A program made the translations under genes and the position numbers. From contig JAFXGM010000013.1 in the NCBI GenBank assembly GCA_017513195.1, forward strand, positions 39,416 to 103,415: a stretch of DNA of 64,000 nt. The letters run 5' to 3'. How positions within the stretch are numbered: the stretch's first letter is position 1; the number at the start of each line of letters is the position of its first letter. Source of the DNA: Clostridia bacterium (GTDB taxonomy: Bacteria; Bacillota; Clostridia; Oscillospirales; Acutalibacteraceae). A model generated the notes under the pieces. That model was not told the DNA's origin. It worked only from the letters and a program-made list of their open reading frames with translations, and made no database searches. This document shows positions 28,377-36,926 of the stretch, in pieces.

Positions 28377-28506
28377 AATTTAGACCTGGATACTTATTCA
28401 TATAATCATTTCCGGCAGCATCCTCGTCATCCCAATCAACTGGACTTGTAATGATAATATCATCAAGTTTTAAATCATAAATTTCTATTTCTGCTTTGCT
28501 AAACAT
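28375..28506 (-). CDS. Unannotated 43-aa acidic small ORF immediately downstream of the giant surface-protein gene
   Basis: Below the ORF-track cutoff. My translation: MFSKAEIEIYDLKLDDIIITSPVDWDDEDAAGNDYMNKYPGLN*. SD AAAGGAGAG lies about 10 nt upstream. The ORF starts 23 nt after the giant gene's TAA and ends inside the terminator T-run. Confidence 0.45.
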   Translation of the reverse strand: MFSKAEIEIYDLKLDDIIITSPVDWDDEDAAGNDYMNKYPGLN

Positions 28507-28529
28507 AATTTAAAATCTCTCCTTTATCA

Positions 28530-31500
28530 TTACTTATCGCCATAACGAGTATGAATTGCCTGTACGTAGAACATAAGCGCTTTTGCAGCCTCCGCACGTG
28601 TTCTGTAGTATTGGCTTGATGATTCTTCAGTATCAAGCTTATCAAAGTCATAACCTAAACCACTTATACTGTATGTGCCCAAATACTCATCGGTAAATGC
28701 AGCATTTACAGCATCGCCCTCATAAGATGCATATACCTTAATTCCATTTACCAAAGCCTCAACAGGTACACCTGTAAATTTATAGGTGTGATATCTACCG
28801 CTTGTATTTGTCCAACCATTTACGCTTCTTATAGGCTCGTTTTCAACATATTTAGGTATTGCAAGAGCCGCTCTTTCAGCTTCTTCGTCGCCGTATACAT
28901 ACTCTATGCCATTTACTGTATACTTAAACGTAATACTTACCTTGTCACGGTTGGTTTTGTAATCGCCGTAAAGCGCAAATGCAAATGACATATATGGATT
29001 AGCCTTAAGGTTCATAGCTGTAGCATATACACCAAAAGTCATACTCTTGTTTTCGTGCAATTGATAGAAAACGCTGTCACTATTGAACGCAGACTCATCC
29101 TCTGTAAATGTAATTGTATCATAAGCTGGATATAAAGTACTGATACTTTCGTTAATCGGTGAAAGAGATGGCATAGCACCCAAATAACTGCAATACCACT
29201 TTCCATCGGGGTTGGTTTTAGCATCGTACCAGTCAAGTTCGGACATAGCTGTTCTCGCTGAAATGCCCCCAATATCGCTTGTTTTTATCTGCTTAATTTG
29301 ACTTATGGTATATGTTATGGACTTGTTTTTCAACTGAACTGTACCATCTGCACAATCGGTATATACGTTTTCGTATGCTTCGTTTGTGTTAATACGTGCG
29401 CTCCAATCCTTATTTGTATCATAAGGAGCTGTTCCCAACGCTACGGTATTGCGGATTGCGTTAACATGATAATAAACGTCCTTGTTCTCGTCGTATCCAA
29501 GCTTGATTGTCAACTCTGCAGGGCAACGAACGTCAGATGTAAGACTATTGTGTGCACCACCAACCAAAGACATAGGATATGCGCCATCACTATAGTAAGC
29601 ATCATTACCATAAACAAGACAGCAATCAACATACGCTCCATCGTTCATACTACCTAAAATAACACCGCTACGAGTGTTTAAAGTTGCATTGTTTCTCATA
29701 TAGCAGTTAGCAACTGTACAGCCCTCTACCCAAACGATACCGTTTGTTTTCAAGCCGTACGTAGCAGAACTAGAAGTGCTGTTTGAAACGGCCGCAATAG
29801 CACCAACCTGATAATTAGCGCTTGGTGAAGCACTTACAATGTAAGAGTTTTTAACAGCTATATCGTGAATTGATGCGCCCGCATCAATACTTGAGAATAG
29901 TCCTGCATTGCTTGCAGACACAGAGTACAAGCCGTAAACAGTTGCGCCATTACCGTCAAAGTAGCCGCAGAAGGATGTAGCTTCCCAAGATTTTTCCACC
30001 CATTTTTCAAACGTGCCGTCTTCAAAATAAGTCTTGGTTGCCGAAGCGCTGTCAAGTGCTATAATTTCGGCAACATATTCTTTAGGCTGTAATACTATGT
30101 TCTTTATACCGTCGGCAATCTTAAAGTATTTAGGATTGTTATTTGCATCAAGACTTACACTGTGCCCGCTTGATACAAGATATGCAAGTTCGGATGCTGT
30201 GTTGATTATAATCGGGTCGGCTTTTGTACCTGCGGCAGTGCTGGTAAAGCCTGATGCTACTTTACCGTCCCAATAGATTGTCTTTTCAGCATTCTTAGGT
30301 TTGTTATAAGGGGTATAAAGTTTTGGGTAACCATCGGTGGTGGTTTGCCATGTTAAATCCCAATCAAGATTTGGCATATTGGTTTTGGCTACGTCTCCCT
30401 GCATATTTGCAAGGTCAAGTTTTGTGATTCTGTCTGTATAATCCTGTGCTTCATCAAACGAAACACCCTTATCTACATCCTGATCGGTGTAAACATCGGT
30501 AAAGTGTGTGGATAGCGAGTTTTGGTTTGCTTTATTAGTTCCGTTCCATGTGCTGTATGGTTTAACACCAATTGAAATGCAATTACTGAAAAATGTATTA
30601 CCTGAAGAAGAAGAAGTAATCAAACCACCCATTATAGCAGTATTGGTATTTGTTGTTATAAAGTGCGCAGGGTCAAGATTTACGTAACAGTTTTTCACTT
30701 CGGTAAGACCGTTAATACTGTTGCCCCAAGTTTGTACTACTCCAGCAAGTGCGCCAGCACCGTTAGCATTACCGTTGCTCTGGATGTGGCAATTTGTTAC
30801 AGAACAATTTTCAATTGTCAAAGAACCTGGATCAGTCGATGAATATTTTTGATGGAAGCCAATTATACCACCCGCACATGTTGAACCTTCAAAATAAGAC
30901 ATTGTAACGTTAACATTTTTAATAGTTACATCGCCTTTAGTGTAGGAGAACAACCCTGTATAGCTACCCGGGTTGTAGATACCATAAACTGTAACGCCGT
31001 TACCATCAAGGTGACCTTGGAAACCATTCGCCGAACCGCTGAAATTATATCCGGCTTTAATTGTATTGATATTTTCATCCAGCGTTTTTGACAAATCGAC
31101 CTTACCGCTCGACATATCAAAATACTTGATACCGTCAGCAACCTTATAATACTTTCCGTACGTATCGGCGCCGCCTACTTTATTAAGATATGCAAACTCT
31201 TCAGCGGTATCAATTATAATCGCGTTTTCCCAGTTTTCACCTGTTTCACCATTGTCATCAAGTTTACCGTCAAGAAGATTCCATTGGTCCCACTGTTTAT
31301 TAAATGACGCATTTGCCTCCCATGCATCAGTTTTATCAAACGTCTTGTAATCGTTTGGTGTGGTAAGGGCGGTTTTTGAAGCGTGAGCATAATTAATAAA
31401 TGCTGCTGCCACCATTTTGTCAGCGTCAATGTTACTTTGACTGTAGTCTTCTTCAAGGTAGTAAACATTGTCGCCCTTTATTACCTCATTACAGTATTCA

Positions 31501-34145
31501 ACAAGTGAAATTGAGTGGGTAATACCCATAAGCTGAGTTTCGGTTTTGCTTTGTGGTGTATATCTTGCAATATAAAGGGTTTTATCAGCCTCTGAAGCTG
31601 AAATACCGTCAACACTTATCATTGTTGCGGTGGTCATCAAAGTACCGCTATATTTTGCGTAGTCTTTTATTACTACCTCTTTACCGTTTTCATCAATTTT
31701 TGTATCGGTTACTCTTTTGCTCTTAAAGAATGATTCAACAGGTGTGTGCTTAGCGGTAGTATCTTCTTTAACACCGTTATAACCGGTCTCGACAACGTCA
31801 CTGTAATCAAGCACAATACCATTTTCATCAGTAATGATCATCTGCTCGCCTTCCATAGAAGAAGGATAGTGAATATTAAGCGAAACGCTGCCATCGTTGT
31901 TATACGTAAGGTTTATACCGGAAATATTTCGGTAGTTATTAAAATCGTAACTTCCTTTTTCGCCTTCTGGTGCGTCAACTCTGCTTGTAGTACCGTCAGC
32001 ATTGACACGACTTACCTTGTAAGGCAAATCCTGCGCAACAAGCATTGGTGTAACACGCTTGCATATCGAACAGGTAGCATTATAAAGTTCAAAGTAGTCA
32101 ATACCCTCTTTAGCATCAGGATTTTTAGCTTTAAGCGCGTCAATAGCAGCCTTGTTTACAGGGTCTGCCTTACCTGTTTCTTCATATATTGTACCGCCGT
32201 GAACATGAACAAAGTCGTTGTTTACATTGGTTGATGCAGAAGCAACATCTTTAATATCACCTGATGCATGCAAAAGATTGAGCTGATATTTTTTGCCGTA
32301 ACCAACATAGTTTTCACTACCCCAACGGCCATCTACTTTACCATACTTATGAGTAACTGCAGCTAAAACATCTTCGTCTAAGCCGTCGTGCGCGCTAATA
32401 CGGTCACAAATACCAGTGAAGTCAAGGGTAACCGTGAAGGTTATGGACTCATATACCTTGCTTGAATTGAATGTAATATTCTTAAAGCCCTGAGCGTACT
32501 GTGTATATTTTGGCATTGTGCTTACCGTGTCTTCACTTACGGTAGAAATAGCGTAATCAAGATTAGGTGTTGCTACGTCAACCGTGGTATACTCACGATA
32601 ATAATAGTTAAGCAGATTATCATTTACTTTGGGAGCACTCACCGTTTTTGTTTCATCGTTTTCAGTAACGGTAATGTCCTCATAATCAAGTTGCACATTG
32701 TTAGCGGTGGCATAATCATCGGTAATATTATAGGCATATTCACGACTATCTGTCTTGCCTTCAATAGCGCTTGTTCCGGCGTTGTCTTCAATGGTAGTAG
32801 CGTTTGTATATTTGCTACCGGTAAAGTCAGAAAGAGCAAATTCCTCACCATCATTAAGAGGTTTACCACCGGTGATTTCGATCTTGGTGTTAAAAAGACC
32901 ATTTGTCATATCAAATGCATTTGGCAAAAGTGTACCCTTGTTGCTGATATTTTCGCTGTTTTTCTTTGTAGCCGCACTATCAACAACCTCTGTGGTGCCG
33001 GTTACATTTCCATTTTCGTCATACACGTTAACAGTTTTGTACACATTGGTAGTGTTGATCATATTGTTATTATCAGTGTCAAAACCATCAACATACTCGT
33101 AGTAGGTTATTACGTGCTTTGCATATTCGGTTTCGGTATAGGGCTTGTTTTCGTGTTTTTGATATTCGTACTTGGTTATGGGATTATTTACTCTTTTGGT
33201 GTAAGTATATGTTGGGTTGTTTGAGTAGTGTTGATATACGTATAGCTTATCGTACTTTGTATAAGTATTATACCAATTAGACATACTTGCCTCACCAGTT
33301 TGTACCCATATATAATAATCATCACTTGTAGGTGCCGTACCACCAATAGCAAACACCTCTTTGGTTTCGAGAGGTGTTGTGCCTTGCACCGTTGAATTTG
33401 TATACTTCCATTCTCCAGTTGAAGTATCCGGTCTTTCACCATATTTAAAGTTTTGTGTGTAATCCGCAGTCCAATTGTCCTGTACCTTTGCACCCTGTAC
33501 ATACTTAACAGTAGCAGTATCCGCCGGTACTTCACTCAATTTGAGATTAACAGTAGATTCTGTCCAATTATCTTCTTTTTTGGAATCACCCGTTGCTTGC
33601 CATACCTTGCCGTCACCGTCGGGGTCACTTGTTGCCCACTCAGTTGTGCCACTAACTGCAACATAATTATCTTGCTGGCGTGTGTTACCGGTTGACTGCC
33701 ACTCAGGCTCGTTGCCGTCGGGGTCGCTTGTTGCCCACTGAGTAGCAGTGCCGGTATCAACCTTATTCCAATCATATTCTGAGGTTACCACGCTTGTTTC
33801 TTGGCGTGTACCCAAAAACTCTTCAAGAGTCACATAATCGGGATTTTCGGCATAGCCGTTATAAGTTACATTACCGTTTGCGTCGGTTGTGGTGTTAAAG
33901 TTAACATCGTCAATAACGTCACTGCCAAACATCAGGTCAAACGAACCTGAACGAATACCGTTTGGATTAGTTATTGTTACTGTCATTGTTGTAGTTTTTG
34001 TACCTGCTGCTACGGCATCACCAACTATTGTATAAGTCGGATCAGTGGTAGCTGCGCTTGCGGGAATTATTACGCCGCAAACTGTGCTAATACAGATAGC
34101 CATTACCAAAACAACTGAAAGTAATTTTTGGATTGTTTTCTTCAT
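28530..34145 (-). CDS. Giant (1871 aa) secreted protein with two GLUG-motif/parallel beta-helix-like modules. Function unknown.
   Basis: Signal peptide ...VIIPASA/ATT. Two modules share ...AYL...ADGIK...F.G..DGNG.TVYG.Y...GLFS followed by G-G-(L/I)-x-G type turns. N/T/Y/D-rich. I recognise no LPXTG, SLH or dockerin. Confidence 0.8.
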   Translation of the reverse strand: MKKTIQKLLSVVLVMAICISTVCGVIIPASAATTDPTYTIVGDAVAAGTKTTTMTVTITNPNGIRSGSFDLMFGSDVIDDVNFNTTTDANGNVTYNGYAENPDYVTLEEFLGTRQETSVVTSEYDWNKVDTGTATQWATSDPDGNEPEWQSTGNTRQQDNYVAVSGTTEWATSDPDGDGKVWQATGDSKKEDNWTESTVNLKLSEVPADTATVKYVQGAKVQDNWTADYTQNFKYGERPDTSTGEWKYTNSTVQGTTPLETKEVFAIGGTAPTSDDYYIWVQTGEASMSNWYNTYTKYDKLYVYQHYSNNPTYTYTKRVNNPITKYEYQKHENKPYTETEYAKHVITYYEYVDGFDTDNNNMINTTNVYKTVNVYDENGNVTGTTEVVDSAATKKNSENISNKGTLLPNAFDMTNGLFNTKIEITGGKPLNDGEEFALSDFTGSKYTNATTIEDNAGTSAIEGKTDSREYAYNITDDYATANNVQLDYEDITVTENDETKTVSAPKVNDNLLNYYYREYTTVDVATPNLDYAISTVSEDTVSTMPKYTQYAQGFKNITFNSSKVYESITFTVTLDFTGICDRISAHDGLDEDVLAAVTHKYGKVDGRWGSENYVGYGKKYQLNLLHASGDIKDVASASTNVNNDFVHVHGGTIYEETGKADPVNKAAIDALKAKNPDAKEGIDYFELYNATCSICKRVTPMLVAQDLPYKVSRVNADGTTSRVDAPEGEKGSYDFNNYRNISGINLTYNNDGSVSLNIHYPSSMEGEQMIITDENGIVLDYSDVVETGYNGVKEDTTAKHTPVESFFKSKRVTDTKIDENGKEVVIKDYAKYSGTLMTTATMISVDGISASEADKTLYIARYTPQSKTETQLMGITHSISLVEYCNEVIKGDNVYYLEEDYSQSNIDADKMVAAAFINYAHASKTALTTPNDYKTFDKTDAWEANASFNKQWDQWNLLDGKLDDNGETGENWENAIIIDTAEEFAYLNKVGGADTYGKYYKVADGIKYFDMSSGKVDLSKTLDENINTIKAGYNFSGSANGFQGHLDGNGVTVYGIYNPGSYTGLFSYTKGDVTIKNVNVTMSYFEGSTCAGGIIGFHQKYSSTDPGSLTIENCSVTNCHIQSNGNANGAGALAGVVQTWGNSINGLTEVKNCYVNLDPAHFITTNTNTAIMGGLITSSSSGNTFFSNCISIGVKPYSTWNGTNKANQNSLSTHFTDVYTDQDVDKGVSFDEAQDYTDRITKLDLANMQGDVAKTNMPNLDWDLTWQTTTDGYPKLYTPYNKPKNAEKTIYWDGKVASGFTSTAAGTKADPIIINTASELAYLVSSGHSVSLDANNNPKYFKIADGIKNIVLQPKEYVAEIIALDSASATKTYFEDGTFEKWVEKSWEATSFCGYFDGNGATVYGLYSVSASNAGLFSSIDAGASIHDIAVKNSYIVSASPSANYQVGAIAAVSNSTSSSATYGLKTNGIVWVEGCTVANCYMRNNATLNTRSGVILGSMNDGAYVDCCLVYGNDAYYSDGAYPMSLVGGAHNSLTSDVRCPAELTIKLGYDENKDVYYHVNAIRNTVALGTAPYDTNKDWSARINTNEAYENVYTDCADGTVQLKNKSITYTISQIKQIKTSDIGGISARTAMSELDWYDAKTNPDGKWYCSYLGAMPSLSPINESISTLYPAYDTITFTEDESAFNSDSVFYQLHENKSMTFGVYATAMNLKANPYMSFAFALYGDYKTNRDKVSITFKYTVNGIEYVYGDEEAERAALAIPKYVENEPIRSVNGWTNTSGRYHTYKFTGVPVEALVNGIKVYASYEGDAVNAAFTDEYLGTYSISGLGYDFDKLDTEESSSQYYRTRAEAAKALMFYVQAIHTRYGDK

Positions 34146-34184
34146 AAGAAAAACTCCTCTCTTTGTTATATCTATACATCATAT

Positions 34185-34213
34185 ATTGTACTCCCCACCG
34201 AAAAATTTTGCAA
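34185..34213 (-). promoter_or_regulatory. Sigma-A promoter of the giant-protein gene
   Basis: Minus strand: TTGCAA (34208-34213), 17 nt spacer, TACAAT (34185-34190), about 40 nt upstream of SD AGAGAGGAG. Confidence 0.55.
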
Positions 34214-34324
34214 GGTTTCTATTTAATGAATGTATACTAGTTTTCCACTCTTAAATTGTGCAAAATAACAACAAAATTGTAGTACATGCTTGCATTTCGC
34301 TGTACTACATACTTGCAAACAAAA

Positions 34325-34351
34325 AGGCTCCCCTTGTTGTTCAAGGGGAGG
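34325..34351 (-). terminator. Hairpin copy A (CTCCCCTTG-N5-CAAGGGGAG) acting as the intrinsic terminator of the DUF559 gene
   Basis: Starts immediately after the TAG stop. On the minus strand it is followed by TTTTTGTTTG. Confidence 0.75.
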
Positions 34352-34711
34352 CTAATTTGTGCGTTCTTTCACAATATTATCAATATATTCACACACTTCA
34401 CGAAAATGCTGATTAACATAATTATTAGGAATTCTAACAACAGTTAAACCAAACTGTTCAAGATACTTTGTTCTTTCGGTATCCTTTTCAATATTTATTT
34501 TATCATAGTGTTGAGAACCATCAAGTTCAATTATAATCTTTGCCTTCGCAGAATAAAAATCCGCAATATATCTACCTAACACTTTTTGACGATTAAATTT
34601 TATTGAATATGTCCGCAAGAAATCATACCATAAATGCCGTTCTTCTTTTGTCATATTTTTACGAAGTGTTTTAGCATTTGAAACTAAATTTTTATTATAT
34701 TTAATCTCCAT
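34352..34711 (-). CDS. DUF559 (Vsr-like endonuclease fold) domain protein
   Basis: MEIKYNKNLVSNAKTLRKNMTKEERHLWYDFLR...RQKVLGRYIADFY...IIELDGSQH is the classic DUF559 pattern. ATG 34711 has SD AAAGGA. The 42-aa upstream extension in the track reads through hairpins and is rejected. Confidence 0.85.
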   Translation of the reverse strand: MEIKYNKNLVSNAKTLRKNMTKEERHLWYDFLRTYSIKFNRQKVLGRYIADFYSAKAKIIIELDGSQHYDKINIEKDTERTKYLEQFGLTVVRIPNNYVNQHFREVCEYIDNIVKERTN

Positions 34712-34732
34712 AATAATCCTTTTACAGTAAGG

Positions 34733-34755
34733 CTCCCCTTGTTGCTCAAGGGGAG
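34733..34755. repeat. Hairpin copy B (CTCCCCTTG-ttgct-CAAGGGGAG) in the DUF559 5' leader
   Basis: Near-identical to copy A over about 27 nt (GGCTCCCCTTGTTG[T/C]TCAAGGGGAG). Confidence 0.8.
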
Positions 34756-34837
34756 CTGTCGAATGAAATGAGACTGAGGGGATAAGAGTTTGACAAAAAA
34801 TTAAGACACTATCCCCTCCGTCGCCATGCGGCGACAC

Positions 34838-34863
34838 CTCCCCTTGCTACTAACAAGTGGAGG
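34838..34863. repeat. Hairpin copy C (CCTCCCCTTG-ctactaa-CAAGTGGAGG) immediately after the esterase stop codon
   Basis: Shares the right-hand junction GGAGGCTAAT with copy A. No T-run follows it on the minus strand. Confidence 0.7.
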
Positions 34864-35583
34864 CTAATAATACTTTTGTATAAATTCAACAATAGGTGTG
34901 TTGTCAGGCAAACCGTGTGGGTGGTGGTCACCGCCCGGCTTTATTATCAATTCAATATTACCGCCGTGCGCTTTAAAATAGTCGTAAAGCAGTTGTCCGT
35001 TTTCACTAAACGGTACGGTTTTATCACTGTCGCCGGAAACCAGCATTATCGGCACACCCGACTTAAGCAGCTTTTCTTTTTGGTCTATCGGATGATTTCT
35101 AAAGTTAAGCATTTCGGGCAAACCAAACCCCATATTTTTTATAAATTCTTGTGAAGAGTCGTCCTGCCCTATACCCAACGCAAAAGGCCAGCTTAGATAG
35201 TTCATAACCGGTGCATCAAGATAAGCACACGCCACGTACTGTGGGTATTTTGCGGTAAAGTACACCGCCTGCATACCGCCACAGCTCATACCAATAAGCG
35301 CACATTTTGAATTAAGACCAAATTGCTTGCTCAAATATTCACAAAACTTTGGACGCATATTGGTATCAGATTCCGGGCACATACGGGTTGTGTTTTTTAT
35401 ATGGGCTACATAGTAGCCTTTTTTAAGCATTTCGATTTCCGTATTGGGAAAGGCGTCAAAATATTCTGTTTTGTAAAGCCATTTTTTGCCATCACACTCA
35501 TTGTCGGGGCATATAAGTATGCAATCTCTGCCCTCGAAAACAAAGTCGAGTCGCTTAAAACCATTCCAAACACTCTCATGCAT
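34864..35583 (-). CDS. Alpha/beta-hydrolase fold esterase
   Basis: Nucleophile elbow GMSCGG and a C-terminal GDSD...GGDHHPHG. ATG 35583 follows SD AAGGGTGA and lies 1 nt after the upstream kinase's stop. Confidence 0.7.
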   Translation of the reverse strand: MHESVWNGFKRLDFVFEGRDCILICPDNECDGKKWLYKTEYFDAFPNTEIEMLKKGYYVAHIKNTTRMCPESDTNMRPKFCEYLSKQFGLNSKCALIGMSCGGMQAVYFTAKYPQYVACAYLDAPVMNYLSWPFALGIGQDDSSQEFIKNMGFGLPEMLNFRNHPIDQKEKLLKSGVPIMLVSGDSDKTVPFSENGQLLYDYFKAHGGNIELIIKPGGDHHPHGLPDNTPIVEFIQKYY

Positions 35584-35584
35584 A

Positions 35585-36862
35585 TTATTCACCCTTAAGC
35601 TCATAGCCGCCAACGGGGCGTACAAACAATTTTACGCAAGAATTTTCGCCAAACACTGATTCTATTACTTTCTTATAATCATCAAACATTCTATCAGGTA
35701 TATAACACTGAATTGTACCGGCAAAGCCACCGCCGTGAACACGATAAGCACCGCGACCGTTTAAAAACTGCTTTGTTACCGCCAATGCCAATGATATAGC
35801 CTGTTCTTTAGGATTGCTTGGCGAATATACGTTTTGCAATAGGTCATAAGATGATTCGCCCGAACGTTTAACAGTTACAAAAAACGTGTTAAAATCGCCA
35901 CGCTTTAGTGCTGATTTTTGGGTAAGTACACGCTTATTTTCACAGAAAACATGTATTGCACGAAGCACCGCACGATCCCCGCATTTTTTGCGTATTTCGG
36001 CAATATTGTTATAAAAATCTTCTTCGGTTGCATCACGTAAAAACTCCACGCCCAGTGCGTTACTAACCGCCTTACATTCAAGGGTAATATCGGCATAATC
36101 CTGGGTTAAATTTGCGTGGTTACCGCCGGTATCAACAACGCAAAGCGTATGATTTGACCGGTTTAAATCAATACTGATTTTTTCTACAATCGGGTTTTGC
36201 GGGTCGTGAAAATCGGCATAAGTAAAGCCGCCAACACTTGACGCCATTTGGTCAAGAAGACCGCACGGCTTACCAAAGTATTCGCGCTCTGCAAACTGTG
36301 AATATTTGGCAATAGTTATAGCATCAACCGACGCACTGTTAAATAGGCCGTTTACAACATTTGAAACCAATACCTCAAATGCCGCTGAAGATGATAGCCC
36401 CGAGCCCTTTAGTACATTTGAGGTAGTGTAAGCATCAAAACCGCCAACATTATAACCGTCGTTTTTAAATGCCGCCACTACACCGCGTATAAGCGAGCGA
36501 GCTCTTCCCTTTTCACTTTCTTTTATATCAAGGTCAGAAATATCTACCTCGTCCATATTATAACCCTTAGACTTTATACGGACTATATTGCTGTCGTTTT
36601 GCGAAACTACCGCTATAACGTCAAGATTTACACTGCCTGCAAGAACAAGACCGTGCTGATGGTCGGTGTGATTACCGCCAACCTCGGTTCGACCGGGAGC
36701 CGAGAAAAGACGCACGTTATCACGTTCACCATAAAGATTTACAAATTCATCTATGGCGTCACTATAACGCGCCTTTGGGGTCTCTGTTTCGCCGTAAAGC
36801 ATTGTAAATTCTTTATCAAATTTTCCGTTTAATATTTTTTGTTTTAGTTCTATGGTATTCAT
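35585..36862 (-). CDS. galK: GHMP-family sugar kinase, galactokinase-like
   Basis: PGRTEVGGNHTDH (galactokinase signature variant) and GHMP motif GSGLSSSAAFEV. Start is ambiguous: ATG 36862 chosen on N-terminal similarity, alternatives ATG 36889 and TTG 36901. Confidence 0.75.
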   Translation of the reverse strand: MNTIELKQKILNGKFDKEFTMLYGETETPKARYSDAIDEFVNLYGERDNVRLFSAPGRTEVGGNHTDHQHGLVLAGSVNLDVIAVVSQNDSNIVRIKSKGYNMDEVDISDLDIKESEKGRARSLIRGVVAAFKNDGYNVGGFDAYTTSNVLKGSGLSSSAAFEVLVSNVVNGLFNSASVDAITIAKYSQFAEREYFGKPCGLLDQMASSVGGFTYADFHDPQNPIVEKISIDLNRSNHTLCVVDTGGNHANLTQDYADITLECKAVSNALGVEFLRDATEEDFYNNIAEIRKKCGDRAVLRAIHVFCENKRVLTQKSALKRGDFNTFFVTVKRSGESSYDLLQNVYSPSNPKEQAISLALAVTKQFLNGRGAYRVHGGGFAGTIQCYIPDRMFDDYKKVIESVFGENSCVKLFVRPVGGYELKGE

Positions 36863-36926
36863 ACTATTAAAGAAAGCGGAAAACGACATCCTTTGATGCA
36901 ATTTTCCGCTTGCCCTTTCGTTTAAA

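Noticed and set aside
34712-34837. 42-aa N-terminal extension of the DUF559 ORF (MSPHGDGGDSVLIFCQTLIPSVSFHSTAPLEQQGEPYCKRII).
   Set aside because: It reads straight through three stem-loops; for example, PLEQQGEP is the translation of hairpin copy B. It has no SD. The internal ATG at 34711 has SD AAAGGA and begins the conserved DUF559 sequence.
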